DNA of 64,000 bases from Octopus vulgaris (GCA_951406725.2 OX597834.1:14942001-15006000); one strand, 5' to 3'. Counted from the stretch's first letter, positions 1 through 14,631 are shown. Numbers and translations are program-made. Notes: generated by a model not told the origin, from the letters alone.

Positions 1-160
1 ATAGGTTATTCCAGTGCAGGTAATTATAATGATAATAATGATAATAATAATAATAATAATAATAATATTAATTGTTATATTTCGGAATGGTCATATTGCC
101 AGTTTAGCCAATAAATCTTGCACAACAAATATATAAATAATATTAATAATAATAATAAAA

Positions 161-718
161 TACCCTGATGCTGTACCAGGCAGTGTCACTCATGGCTTCT
201 GATCTTAACTGATTGGAAGAGTTATCATGTACGTTGATTTGTCTTGGTATAAAAAGATGGGCTACAGCAAATATTCTGCTCAATACCACAGATTTGCTTG
301 TCAGTTGTTTGACCATAACCAGTTGAGCATGTCCCTTAGTGGCTGACGATATGTGCATCTCTGATCATGAGCAGAAGTAGTGGGGGAGCATCATAGCCGT
401 GTGCTGAAAGGAATTCTTAGAGGTTTGGATAATTCACCTCTGGAAATATGGGTGGTTCGTTCAACATCCTTAAACAATCCTTATTCGGGGACCTTTTGAG
501 TAGGATGGGTTACCCGACCAGAAGAAAATTCTTACTGGACCCCCACCTGCAAGGTCATGCGCTGTTTATCTTGATATAAGATCACCATGTCGCGCACATA
601 TGGTTGTGATGCATGTACCTGGTGTACCCTTATCAGACGGGTAGTCATGATGGGTATTCTAGGCTTCGCATATTTTACACCAGTATCACTTTGATGGCAT
701 GCACTGCTCTCTCACTCA
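161..718 (+). mobile_element. Non-coding interspersed element embedded in (TAA)n; probable non-autonomous retroelement
   Basis: Flanked by (TAA)n on both sides and ends ...ctctctcactc-(AAT)n. A 5'-truncated reverse-complement copy lies at 27529-27704, also within (ATT)n. Confidence 0.75.
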
Positions 719-794
719 ATAATAATAATAATATTTATTATTATTATTAATATTATTATTATTATTATTATTATTATCATCATCATCATCATCC

Positions 795-1540
795 TGGCTT
801 GGTTAAAAAGAGGCAATTAAAAAAAAAGAAACAGAACTTAAGTTCAGTCGAAGATCAAGCGATTAAAACAAACAATTGAAGAACAAATATATAGCGAGAG
901 AAAGTGTAAGAAAAATCTAGAGTCTGTGGAGCTTAGAACGAGACAGTGGCACACTTTGTGGAAGAATGCCAAAAATAGGCACGGGAAGAATATAAAGGAC
1001 CATGTTGTAAAAGTTTTACACTGGAAAGTGTTACGGAATGGTGATTTGAAGTTGGAAACACATGGCAAAATCAGTGAGTCGGAAGTGTACTGGAGTCTGG
1101 GAAATATTTTGTGGGACTTTCCAATTCAAACGGACAAGAAATTAGAAAATAGTAGACCAAATATTACAATCATAGATAAGGAAAATCAAGATGTTTATTT
1201 ATCAACCCATCATGCCCTTTTGGTTCCAGATTCGTAATGAAAAAGAAAGAAAAGCAAAATAAAAAATAAAAAACCCTAAAATTTGAAAAAGGAAGAATTT
1301 GAAACATACCAACATTAAAGGTCGTGTTTATAATAAATGGTACGTTTGAAACAGTAGGCCAACATATATATGGCTGAAGGAGCCTAAAATAGAAGGTCCC
1401 GTAAATAGAACTCCTACAGAAGGAGAATCCTAAGCAAGTGAAAGATTGCTGAGGACTTGTGGTTACCTAAGGTTACAGGTAGAAACCTGCTATCCACATA
1501 ATCCCAAGCAGAAATTAGACCGAACTTGAGACAAATCAAA
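795..1540 (+). pseudogene. Decayed 3' end of an R4/Dong-clade non-LTR retrotransposon (restriction-like endonuclease region plus 3' UTR)
   Basis: Translates, with stops and frameshifts, as WLKRG..KKETE, DQAIKTN, RH..VVKVLHW, ILWDFPIQTDKKLENSRPNITIIDK and KVVFIING. This is the RLE motif series of R4-clade LINEs. ORF 926-1237 is part of it, and it ends in TAA repeats. Confidence 0.85.
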
Positions 1541-1574
1541 ATAATGATAATCTTTTCTACTATAGGCACAAGGG

Positions 1575-1708
1575 GACTAGTCGATTACACGATCCCAGTA
1601 TTTCGCTGGTACTTCATTTATCGACCACGAAAGGATGAAAGAGAAAGTCGACCTCGGCGGAATTTGAACTCAGAAAGTAGGGACGGGCGAAATACCCCTA
1701 AGCATTTG
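1575..1708 (-). mobile_element. SINE family C fragment
   Basis: Reverse complement of the ttctgagttcaaattccgccgaggtcgac...tcctttcg.ggtcgataaa..aagtaccag core. Confidence 0.8.
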
Positions 1709-1709
1709 G

Positions 1710-1973
<264 letters not shown>

Positions 1974-1984
1974 AACTAATTTTT

Positions 1985-2129
1985 TTTAGACATTCACTAG
2001 TACAATACTAAAAATAACAAATATATAGCACACAAGGCATAACAACAACGTGAACGTCCAATCTGTTGTCTCTTGAGGTCTCTAGGTGAGACTTGGAGCC
2101 AACTTGTACAAATATAAAGCAAAAGTCAA

Positions 2130-2135
<6 letters not shown>
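1985..2135 (+). mobile_element. Isolated 3' UTR of the R4/Dong-type LINE, in (TAA)n
   Basis: Matches the reverse complement of 27858-28010 (ttgtctcttgaggtctct.ggtgagactt.gagccaactt...aaagtcaaacata) and is followed by TAA repeats. Confidence 0.8.
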
Positions 2136-2423
<288 letters not shown>

Positions 2424-3557
2424 CTGAAACATGTTATGGTTACTGCTATGAATATATAAACCACGTATATTTTAGCACACTGACACATTGAACAGAAAAT
2501 TAAGTCTTGCGGCTTAATGTCTTAGGATAAGAGATGATTCATCTGGATACACGAGAAAATAAATAATGAAATCACTAGCTGCCAGCACCGATTGAAATCT
2601 CTCGGGGTTCATACAATCTAGTCCTCCAACAAATTGGAACAGATACATTCGTATATGTGTATATACTTATATATACTCTTCCGTGCGCCTATGTGAATTT
2701 CTGAATATGTGTGTTTATATCCTTAATGTGTATGATGCAAACATATTCTTACGTGCATACATATATATGTTCCATATGTGTGTATATGAATGTAAGTATG
2801 TATGTTTATTCTTGTATATGTCGCTTATTCCATGTGGGTGCAGGCATGTGTGTTTCTGCATATATACACTAATACGATGTGTATATACGTATGTGAGTCT
2901 ACATCTATTTCATATACGTATGTGTATGCATATGTGTGTGTGTATACTTCCATACATTTGTGTACGTTCGTTTATTGTTCTACTAACACATATATGCAAC
3001 ATCCTCTTATTACTTATAATGCTTTCGGTCGAGTGACAGCGGCCATGATGGAGCGCTGTACTATTATTTGTTTCTCTCTATATATTTATTGCTGTTTTTT
3101 TTTTAGTTTTGTTGAAATATTAAGGTTGGTTGTTGGTCTATATTTGAGACAGCAACAACTCTTCTTTCTGGAGTGTAACTTCTACAGTTGGATGGTCAGT
3201 TACTTTCATAAGCCGGACATCGAATTTCTTCTTTACTGTTACGACACATGTCCCTTTTTATGAATCTGATATTTTTAGGTGGACAGTCGAACGCTTCAGG
3301 ACCTCTAAAAGTCAGGTTGTACCATACTGAGAACGGCTACAATGGAACGATGTACTAATTTTTGTTATTCTATATTTATTTATTGCCATTTTATTTTTCA
3401 GTTTGGTTGAAATTTTATGGGCAGTCGAACACTAGAGGGCCTTTAATGGTCACCTTATTGAAGCATGCTGCTCGTGGTTTCAAAAGTGATATACGTGGAA
3501 ATTGGCAGTAATTATTTTGGTTACTTGTGTATATGCCTATATATATAGAGTCATATG

Positions 3558-3630
<73 letters not shown>

Positions 3631-3765
3631 GAATAAAACTTACTTGTAGATGGATGTATGTGTATGTATATATTTATATATATATATATATATATATACG
3701 TATATACACACACACACGCTTACGCACATATGCTCACACACATATACACACGCACACACACACAC

Positions 3766-3799
<34 letters not shown>

Positions 3800-3804
<5 letters not shown>

Positions 3805-3965
3805 TACGGCGGTTTTCTTTCAGTTTTCATCTACCGAATCCCCTCACAAGGATTAAGTCGGCCTGCATCTATACCAGAAAACAGATGCCCATGGTGCCAT
3901 GCAGTTGAACTGAAGCGAGAGCCATGAAGTTGAGGAGTAAGTTTCGTACTACACAGCCGCGCCTC
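3800..3965 (-). mobile_element. SINE family B, degenerate 5' half
   Basis: ttctttcagttttcatctaccgaatccctcacaagg...cacagcc matches the reverse-strand family B head. Confidence 0.75.
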
Positions 3966-4447
3966 CGCTATTACCCAGCCAGTTGGTTCTTTTCATTAAA
4001 GAAAATAGATACTTTATTTCTCGCTGTATCAGACCAGGGGGTTTTGTTCGAGGCAAAATGAAAGGGAGTTTAATACATATAGCAATGTTAATGATTTCTA
4101 AGTTCAAAAGGAAAATGCTGATAGTTTGCGTCTTACTAATACACTCGGTCAAGTGAGAATTCGGATAGACTAAAAATAATTGCCGTACACAGCAAAAGTT
4201 AGATTAATTGCTTCAGTGATTGATAACTCAATCAACGGTGGATCACATTGATTCATGGTTTAATAATTGTTCTTTATGAGGCTGTCAATAGTGAAAGGTT
4301 ATCGGTCGTTCTTGAGGTGATTGGATTAATTTCATATAAAATGCTTCGTCTCTGAGATAACTGCTATGTTTACGTGCGGGTCTATGTATGTGAAAGTGTG
4401 TGTATACATACACACACACATACGCAAACACATTTACACGCATATAC

Positions 4448-4479
<32 letters not shown>

Positions 4480-4498
4480 ATGTGTGTGTGTATGTATG

Positions 4499-4537
<39 letters not shown>

Positions 4538-5628
4538 AATATATGTTTGTATGCCTCTCAGTCTATCTACATATTTGTATATATTTAATGTATATATATA
4601 TACATTAAATATATACAAATATATAGATAGATTGAGAGGCATACAAACATACATACATGATCGATCGATCGATAGATAGATAGATAGATAGATAGATATT
4701 TTGGTGTACATGTGTAGAAGACAATTGTGAAATTTATTCACATTACACTATATGTTTGTATGTATATGTGTATGTGTGTGTGTGTATGTCAGTGAGCTGC
4801 TGTGCGGGTGTTGAGGTGTATGTGGTGGAGTGTGTGTGGTTGTACTTCCCATTTACTGTATAATTGTGTCTTGATCATAAAAGGAAAGCACCATTAATGA
4901 ATATACACTGCTAATACTAATTTCTTCTATACTAAGAAACACTAATGCGAAATTAGAAATGACACTAATCTAGGAATGCAACAGAAATCTAACAGCAGAC
5001 TAGCAACTGTCAAAGGCATTACGGAGAAGTAGAACATTAACTGTAACGGGGGAATATCCTTCGTCAGTTGCCAGTCGAATATCAACGTGACTTCTACCCC
5101 TTAGGGAAGTAACGCGACTTCCGATGGTGTCAAGAATGATTAAAGAAATATATATTCTAACGCTATATGCTAATGTATATAGATGTAATTTTGGAACGAA
5201 TAATATCAACCTCAAGCATTTCCTTTTCTTTGCATTGGGGGCCTAAATGCAAACAAATATTACTTCGTAATAGCAGTGGTGCGCACTTGCAATTATCGTC
5301 TGATATATCTGGCTATTGTGCTGTTTGTGTTCGAAACAGTAGCCAAAGTATTACTTGGCTTGGACATAGTTGAGGTTTGGCAACAGGAAGAACATCCGCC
5401 CGTATAATAGCATCGATGTGAACGTGGAATATTGGATGCAGAGTCAGTGATAATGATGAAGGGGAGGAGATGGGAAGAGTGAAGATGATGAGGATGATGG
5501 TGATAACAATGACGGCGACAGTGCTATTTTTGCTCTTGGTGGCGGTGATTGCGGTATTATTAGAGGAGGATTTCGATTACACTGACTTACATGTGAATCA
5601 TTATCGGATTACAAAATTCGAGATTGTA

Positions 5629-5670
<42 letters not shown>

Positions 5671-5734
5671 TAAAACTAGTGTTCCAGTCTCTTCAGCAAT
5701 GTAACTACACGTGGTCTGTTGGTGGTTTCTTCTT

Positions 5735-5850
5735 TTCCTACTTCCTTGGACTTTTCCTTTTGCTCATTTCCGACGTAGAAATATGCTCGAAACGTTAAAC
5801 TGTCTCCTTCTTGTGCACGCCTTCAGATTCGTTACTTTTCTAATTTCTTA
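5735..5850 (+). mobile_element. Penelope-like terminal remnant with a decayed hammerhead-like core
   Basis: tttccgacgtagaaatatgctcgaaacgttaaac is homologous to 26721-26755 and lies near a (TA)n tract. Confidence 0.5.
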
Positions 5851-6240
5851 TCAGTTTAATTGAATTGAATATACATTTGCAAACTCTGACGGGTGTGTCA
5901 CGCTTAAAATAAAGAAATTGTGTTGCATAAATAAGAATTTTTAACTAGGTCTCTTGTAATATCTGGAAGAGATTTGAAACCACCATCTATACGCTGTATT
6001 ACTACTTCTCAACAGCCATGCCTACCGGACCACCGGAGAAACAACGATCTTTGATGAGAAAATTAAGTTGCTTAAATTTGCCTCGTGTCAAAGAGAGAGG
6101 AAGTGAGAGAAGACGTCAGAGAGAAAGTGAAAGACATTGGGAGGGAGTGGCTGGTAGGTATTTGAATTCTTTTCTAAGATTGAACTGAAATTGACCCCTG
6201 CCTATTAAAGGCCCGACCACACAAACACATTCACACACAC

Positions 6241-6520
6241 ATTTATTGAGCGAAAACACTTAAAGCTCCACGAAGCTCTGGCAGGGGGTGGTGGCGGCCC
6301 CTGCTGTAATATTTCACCACAATTTTCTCTCACTCTTTCTTCCTATTTCTGTTGTACCTGTATTTGAAAAGGCCAGTCTAGTCAGACTCTGTGTCACGCT
6401 GAATCTCCACGCGAACTATTGTAAATTTACACGTGTCTGCGGAGTTAAATTCACGAGCAGGCTGTTCCATTGATTGGATCAACTGGAACCCTCGTCGTCG
6501 TAACCGACGGAGTGCCACAA
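6241..6520 (+). mobile_element. SINE family A, 5'-truncated
   Basis: tttattgagcgaaaacac...ggaaccctcgtcgtcgtaaccgacggagtgcc; homologous to 14244-14631. Confidence 0.9.
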
Positions 6521-6590
6521 TTTATTGATACCAGTCGTAACTTATGCCAATCGTGAGTTATAGTTGCTTCTAATATCTGTTATCTGGTTC

Positions 6591-7112
6591 AGGCGGCGAA
6601 CTACCAACATCGTTAGCATACCAGGAAAAAATGCTTAGCGGCATCTGGTCTGTCTTTACGTTCTGAGTTCAAATTCCGCTAAAACTGACTTTGCCAGTTT
6701 TCATTTTGGAGTCGATAAAATAGGTACCAGTTGAACACTGGAGTAGTATTGAAATACCGAGGTCGACTTTGCCTTTCATCCTTTCGGAGTCGATAAATTA
6801 AATACCAGTTACGCACTGGGGTCGATGTAATCGACTTAATCCCTTTGTCTGTCCTTGTATGTCCCCTCTATGTTTAGCCCGTTGTGGGCAATACAGAAAT
6901 AAGAAACGTTAGCTCTCCGGGCGAAATGCTTAGCGGTATTTCGTTTGCCGTTACGTTCTCAGTTGAAATTCCGCCGAGGTCGACCTTGCCTTTCTTCCTT
7001 TCGGGGTTGATAAACTAAGTACCAGTTACGCAATGGGGGCGATGTAATCGATTTAATCCCTTTGTCTGTCCTTGTTTGTCCCCTCTATGTTTAGCCCCTT
7101 GTGGGCAATAAA
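6591..7112 (+). mobile_element. SINE family C, tandem cluster of about 3 units
   Basis: ggcggcga head, then repeated gtcgactttgcctttcatcctttcgg.gtcgataaattaagtaccag cores and tgtcccctctatgtttagccccttgtgggcaata tails. Confidence 0.9.
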
Positions 7113-8813
7113 AAAAAAGAAATTCAGAGTCTCTCTCGTGTTTGAAGTTCCAATTTCCATAACGGTGCTCAAAATTCCCACAAGAATTAATGAGCATTCC
7201 TCGTTCGTGTCTGTTCGACGAAATGCAACTTATTAATGCGTGTGTGTATCTGTACGGAGTGAGATAGAGAGAGAAAGCTAGAGAAATCCAGAGTACCCCT
7301 TGCTTGTAGTTTCCATTTTTCCTAATAGAACCCATATCTGCTGCAAGAAGTATTAAGCATTCCTCATTTGTATTTGTTCAACGAAATGCAGCTTGGCAAC
7401 GTGTATACGTGTAAGTGGGTTGTTTATATATGTATTTACAGATTTACGAACCATATTAGGAAGGTATCAGTTTCCTTGTGCTTTTACATGTATACAAATA
7501 CATGTACTACTCTATACGTGTATGCATTTATGCGTTAACGTATTTATAAATGCGTATATATACCCATTCACACATATTCGTTCACACATATCTATAGATA
7601 CAGGTTACGGTTATATAAAACGTTAGAAACAATCCTATCAACAATGAAAAAACATTAAAATACAGCTATAGAAAAATTGAACATGTATTCGATTCCATGC
7701 CCTACCTTACACCTGTCCATCCACAACATTCTTTAATAGACAAAACTAATTCTACAGAACTAATTTCGAGTACTGTCAGTCACGTGGAAGATTATTTTTC
7801 CCTTTGAAGCCATATCTATTGACAGAACTGTTATTTCCTGAACAACACCGGGAAATAACTATAGATCACGCAACGCCGTCTACAATACTGTAGACAAATG
7901 ATGACAAGATTTTAGATGTAACTAGAAAAAATACATGCTTTGAGTTTAGTGTTTGCAACAAGTCAGGAGGGGACGCCATCTGCATACGACTGTGTGTTTG
8001 TGTGTTTGTGATCGATTGGTTAGAGTAGATATGAATGTTGTTGAGATTCTATGGCAGTGTTTTTGGTAGGTGTGATAATGGATCTGATGGAGAAAAAAAT
8101 GGAAAATATTGGAAAGAGATAATCTTACAGGGTTGTTATTTGTTAAGAAGACAAAACGCGGATAACGTATTTTCTGGTTTTCGATATAGCTATTGCTCCT
8201 GTTACTATTGTTGTTACCGTGAGCTTAAATCCCGCTGAGATTAAGGCTGCCTTTCATCGATTAAGGGTCGATTAAATAAAATACCAGTTACATATTCGGT
8301 TCAGTTGTATCCACTAACAACCCCGCTTAGACATGGCTGCTGGTACATCCAAATCAGAAATCACTTAAATTTAAAAATAAAATCTTTATGAATGACCCTA
8401 GAGCATACGTGATCGAGGATGCTTCTTGTTATAAATGACGCTCCAAATATGTACATCCCACCTTTGTGAATAGTTTAACGATGAACTTGCATAAGACAAT
8501 TCATTGAGTCTTTTTGAAGACGCTAAAACAGTGATCTGAGAATGAGAGGAATGCTATTTAAAACTGATTCAGTGACCGCGCGTACGTTATTACTTTCCTA
8601 GCATTTTTCTAGGCTGCATTGCATTCGCGGAAATCTCTCATCGAATCCCAGTTATCTTCATAAAAAATAACGAAATTTAAAATGCAACCCCACAAGTTAT
8701 GCTGAATGAATTAAGAGTTGACTAAAGAAACAGAAGTTTAAATTTTTTGTATGTTTGTATGATTCGGTTGTGTAACACGTAAGAATCCTAAATATTTTCC
8801 GGATTTTTGCATA

Positions 8814-9060
8814 TCTATTATATAAAATCCGTTCTGTCTGTGTGTGTGTCTTCTAGGATCTCGAGCATCCTCCATCCGATTGCACTCAAATTTGATATGT
8901 AGATACCGATGGTATCAGGGCGTGTATGTCTTGAACAAATTACAAAAATCGATTCCAGGTGAGAATGCGATCTATAAAGCCGTGAGAACGTGCATTTGGA
9001 CGCACGGGTACATCAGCTGTTGCGATCGATACTACGCGTAAGCAAGAAGAGTGCACGGTG
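8814..9060 (+). mobile_element. Helitron-like 5' end fragment
   Basis: a|TCTATTATATAAAATCCGTTCTGTCTGTGTGTG...ccgattgcactcaaattt resembles non-autonomous Helitron 5' termini and the start of the 56933-57329 element. No 3' CTAG or hairpin was found. Confidence 0.5.
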
Positions 9061-9232
9061 TCTCAAATTTAGGTTAAATCAGTGTTTCTCAAAGGGGAGG
9101 CCTATGGGACGTTCGGAGAAGTTGTTTTGAGAAAATTTGGTTTAAAGGTTTGACAACTCAGCACCATCCATTGGACGGGGGAGGGCGTTTTGCTCGTTAA
9201 GATCATAACGATGCAGCTTTTCCATGTGTAAT

Positions 9233-9245
9233 TAGACAGATAGAC

Positions 9246-9303
<58 letters not shown>

Positions 9304-9412
9304 GTAGATGGATAGATAGACAGACAGATAGGTAGGTAGATGGATAGATAGATAGACGGATATATAGATAGATAGATAGACACATAGATAGATAGACAGA
9401 TAGGTAGGTAGG

Positions 9413-9458
<46 letters not shown>

Positions 9459-9496
9459 TATAAATAGATAGATAGATAGACAGACAGATAGGTAGG

Positions 9497-9587
<91 letters not shown>

Positions 9588-9675
9588 CTTTCTTTTATTA
9601 GCCACACAGAGCTGAATACAGAGGGGACAAATACAAATGCAGAGCTTTTCTTTTCGAGGGTGGAAAAAAAAAAAA

Positions 9676-9726
<51 letters not shown>
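9233..9726. repeat. (GATA)n microsatellite interrupted by a ~90-bp retroelement 3' end at 9585-9677 (minus strand)
   Basis: Direct reading. The insert's reverse complement ends tttgtcccctctgtattcagctctgtgtggctaataaaagaaagt-(TATC)n. Confidence 0.85.
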
Positions 9727-9966
9727 TGATTATGTCTAGATGAATATATTAATCAACAAAATTCCAACCTAGTTTGAATTTCACCTTTTATTATTTACAA
9801 TTCTTACAGTTTTTGCAATATTGAAATAAACATATTACTTTCATGCAATACGCAATCCTCAGATTAATGTTATGACAGACGTGTTCCGCAATTGTAAAAA
9901 TGTAAAAACTGTGAATAATAAAATGTTAAAATCAGACAAGGTTGGAAGTTCTTGATTAATATACAT

Positions 9967-10000
<34 letters not shown>

Positions 10001-10074
10001 TCACATACATTGTCATAATGTTTGTTGTTGCTGACCTCGTATCGTTGTTATCGTTGCTGCTGTCCTTATAATAG

Positions 10075-10089
10075 TTGTTGTTGTTGTTA

Positions 10090-10160
<71 letters not shown>

Positions 10161-10242
10161 AATATTGTTATTATTATTATTATTATTATCATCATTATTA
10201 TTATTATTAATATTATTATTATTATTATTATAATTATTATTA

Positions 10243-10291
<49 letters not shown>

Positions 10292-10293
10292 CA

Positions 10294-10324
<31 letters not shown>

Positions 10325-10332
10325 AATTATCA

Positions 10333-10395
<63 letters not shown>
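10075..10395. repeat. (ATT)n microsatellite
   Basis: Direct reading. Confidence 0.95.
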
Positions 10396-10766
10396 GATCG
10401 ATAGATAGATAATAGATGGGTAGATAGATGGATAGATAGATAAATAGATTGATAGATAACGAAGCATTGTTGAATTTAATGATATATATAACACAAGGAA
10501 CAGCTGTACTAAGCGAACCAACTGTTTTTTTTAAAGTCTACTGAAAACACTAGTGCATAACTTATATATACACATCCTTTTTTACAAAGGCACAGACACA
10601 CACACACACACACACACACACGCTCACACACACACAGCATACAAGCGCGGAAAGGTCACAGAAGCAGAAAATCACAGCGCTGGCGACCGCCTCCAGCTAT
10701 AAGTAATTAGGTACTCTCAGACGCGCGTGAGTATACGACAAACAACAAAGACCTATAAGTGCTATA

Positions 10767-10769
<3 letters not shown>

Positions 10770-10817
<48 letters not shown>

Positions 10818-11051
10818 CAGCAGTAGTAGTAATAGTGTTATCATCATCATCATCATCATCATCACTGTCAGTAGCTGGAGCAGCAGCATCATGATCATGA
10901 TTATATATATCATATATATGTATGTATATATATATATATATATGTATATATATGTATATATGTATATATATATATGCATATATATATATATATGTATGTA
11001 TGTATGCATATATATATACATACATATATATATATATATATATGTATAATA

Positions 11052-11120
<69 letters not shown>

Positions 11121-11350
11121 GCAATTTCTATATTAATACCAATTTCATTGCTTTTACTATCATAATTTTTGTTGTTGTTGTTGTCGTCGTTGTTACTGTT
11201 TTTACCCTTGATTATAATAGTTGTTGTTATTATCATTATCATTATTACTATCAACATCATCATCATCATGATTACCATTACCATTATATATATATATATA
11301 TATATTACTATCATAAACATCGCCGTCACCATCATCATCATCATTATACC
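10770..11350. repeat. Compound (AGT)n/(CAT)n/(TA)n/(GTT)n microsatellite block
   Basis: Direct reading. Confidence 0.9.
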
Positions 11351-11744
11351 TAATATTCTTATATTTCCCATGAAATAGCTATTCATGATTATGCTCTCTT
11401 TTTTTTGGAGTAACCTGTGTTTTTTTCCCAACGGATATCCAATATTACTTACTCTCCTCATTCGCATCTTTGTTTTTACATTTCACTGGAGAAAATTGTT
11501 CTTTTAAGTTATTGTGTTCCGTAATATATCTTTTTCACAAACATTTTTTTTTTCATATTTCACATATAGCATCTTTTTTTTTTTTGGTTTTTATTCCCCT
11601 ACTTTCACTTTCGGTTTCCATCTTCTTTCAGTTTTTTGTTTTATAGAATCACACTTTTGACAGATTTTGTTATTGTATCCAACCAAAACCAATATTAGCT
11701 GAAGGGCTGATATATGCATCTGATTGTCTCACAGTATTGTATTG

Positions 11745-11804
<60 letters not shown>

Positions 11805-11866
11805 TACACAACCATACACACATAACATAAATATTATACGTACATATGTAAATGCATACATATATG

Positions 11867-11930
<64 letters not shown>

Positions 11931-12155
11931 TATATTTTATATATATATATAAATATTTTTGCTTTGTGGCTAAGATTTATTACTTTTATATTCAGGGTCC
12001 TCGACATGTCTTCTAATGTATGTATGTATTATTATTTAGGAAATATTTCTACAGTTGGTAGTGTTTCCATTACCTATTGTTCTAACCTGATCGATGAGGC
12101 GCATTGGATTCCAATGTTTGATAAATTTGCCCCCTCTTCGAATGAACTTACCTAA

Positions 12156-12192
<37 letters not shown>

Positions 12193-12640
12193 TATACATA
12201 TATAAACATATGTATATATATGTATATATATATATATGTATGTATATATATGTGTATATATATATATGTATATATATGTGTGTGTGTGTGTGCGTGTGTG
12301 TGTATATATGCATAAATATATGTAGGTATAAAAATATCGTACAATGAAGAAAATATACCATTCTGTGCATATGTATTGCACCTTTATTGTTAATAACATA
12401 GGGTCACAGGCAAAAGCATATAGATACATGGCCTTGTGTTTGTGTGTGTGTAGGTGTGTGAATGCGTGCGCGTCTGAATGATGAATAAACAGACAGACAC
12501 ACAGCCTGACACTGAGACAGAGATTTATATCGATTGACACGGAAACTGAAAGATAGTAAGACAGAAACACAGACTGACAGACAAGTAGGCAAACAGAGTC
12601 AGAGATAATGGCAGAAATTTAATGTTCGTATACTTGTAAA

Positions 12641-12710
12641 CAGGAGTGGCTGTGTGGTAAGAAGCTCGCTTTCCAACCACATGGTAGACGGAAACTGAAA
12701 GAAGCCCGTC

Positions 12711-12750
<40 letters not shown>

Positions 12751-12828
12751 ATGTGTGTATCTGTGTTAGTCACTGCACCATCGCTTCACAACCGACTAGA
12801 CTCAGTCAAATGACTGAAACGTGTAGAA
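12641..12828 (+). mobile_element. SINE family B, internally deleted
   Basis: caggagtggctgtgtggtaag...ggtagacggaaactgaaagaagcccgtc-(TA/TG)n...cagtcaaatgactgaaac. Confidence 0.85.
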
Positions 12829-12855
12829 GAATACACACACACACACACACGCATG

Positions 12856-12939
<84 letters not shown>

Positions 12940-13100
12940 TATATATTATATAAAAGGGCTTAGTAAAATAAATTACTTTGCCACATACTGAACTCATTAT
13001 AACTAGCAGCCCAAAAAGTTTTTTAGCTATTTCTAATACTTAAAGAAAATTTCTCTCAGATAGTGTTTACTCAAAATAACCCACGAAGGTATGGGGGTTG

Positions 13101-13249
<149 letters not shown>

Positions 13250-13579
13250 GCTTAAAGAATAAGTGCTAGCACAATTTTTATGGCTGATTTCCGAACCTGT
13301 ATTTAATCCTACATGCTACGTATAAAAATATTGCTCTAAATAATTAATAAAATCCAAATTTAGTCATGTTTTCATGCTATATATCGTGATATATATTAGA
13401 TATTTATTTGTATTGTATTCTTCTTAAATCTTTGTCTTCGGGATGGAGAAAAGATGGAGCAATTAAATTCGAAAACTATGACTGGCACTCCGTCGATTAA
13501 GACGACTAAATTTCCAGCTGATTCTGCCAGCAGAAAAGTCTGCTCACGCAATTCTCCGACCAATGCCTTAGCACACCAC

Positions 13580-13790
13580 AAACACATATATCTTTAACGT
13601 AGATTTTGCAGTGAGATTTAATCTGACGCAGAATATTCTACGTGTCGCCATTAGAAACACAGCTGAGGTGACAGGAACAACGTGAAGTTAAAATAAAGTG
13701 CTTTGCTCAAAGGCACAAGGCGCAGCCGAGAATCGAACTCAGGATCTTATTATTATGAACCGAACACTCTAACAATTGAGCCACGCACAG
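13580..13790 (-). mobile_element. Old tRNA-derived SINE remnant
   Basis: On the minus strand it reads gcgtggctcaattgttagagtgttcgg...gagttcgattctcggc...ttgtgcctttgagcaaagcacttt, an A/B-box-like head followed by a CORE-like segment. Confidence 0.55.
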
Positions 13791-14243
13791 ATTCGAAAAC
13801 TATATTGCCTTATGTAACACTACCACTTCAATCACCACTTTGAATCCGTTAGAAATTATTTCCCATAGATTTCAGATATATTTTGTTTTCATAAATACTC
13901 TTAGATTTTCCAATGCTGCCGTAGATAGAATCATGTTTGCAGAGTAAATTCTAATGAAAGATGTTTGGTCTCAATCGGAATACGTTATCGATGATATCCC
14001 GAAGACAGCTCTCAATTTACGTCTCCACTTTAAAATAGCTTTATTGAATCTATATGCAACTTTGTTCAGGTGGCAGGCTAGTGACTAACAACACTCACAG
14101 TGGCGATGAGGAAAATTGGAATACGTTCGGAAGTTTACGAATATCCTAACACACACAAGTTGGTCAAACACAGAGAATTCAGCTTTCCCGTTCGCTTTCG
14201 CAGTTAGTAATATACTAGCGCCTGCTCGATTACATATATGTGT

Positions 14244-14631
14244 GGAGGCGCAATGGCGCAGTGGTTAGGGCAGCGGACTCGCGGTCATAGGATCGCGGTT
14301 TCGATTCCCAGACGGGCGTTGTGAGTGTTTATTGAGCGAAAACACCTAAAGCTCCACAAGGCTCCGGCAGGGGATGGTGGTGATCCCTGCTGTACTCTTT
14401 CACCACAACTTTCTCTCACTCTTACTTCCTGTTTCTCTTGTACCTGTATTTCAAAGGGCCGGCCTTGTCACTCTCTGTGTCACGCTGAATATCCCCGAGA
14501 ACTGCGTTAAGGGTACACGTGTCTGTGGAGTGCTCAGTCACTTACACGTTAATTTCACGAGCAGGCTGTTCCATTGATTTGGATCAACCGGAACCCTCGT
14601 CGTCGTAATCGACGGAGTGCTTCCATCATCC
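14244..14631 (+). mobile_element. SINE family A, full length (tRNA-derived head; resembles octopus OR-type SINEs)
   Basis: A box tggcgcagtggttagg, B-box-like ggtttcgattccc, and a 12-bp TSD acatatatgtgt at 14232-14243 and 14632-14643. Confidence 0.92.

Noticed and set aside
7183-7410. Degenerate ~60-bp direct repeat (agcattcctc.tt.gt.t.tgttc.acgaaatgca)
   Set aside because: It is a real but old two-copy local duplication with no further structure.
14244-14315. tRNA gene (also at 37085-37157, 49991-50060 and 56620-56690)
   Set aside because: These are tRNA-derived SINE heads, each continuing into a shared body and bounded by TSDs. I see no complete cloverleaf.
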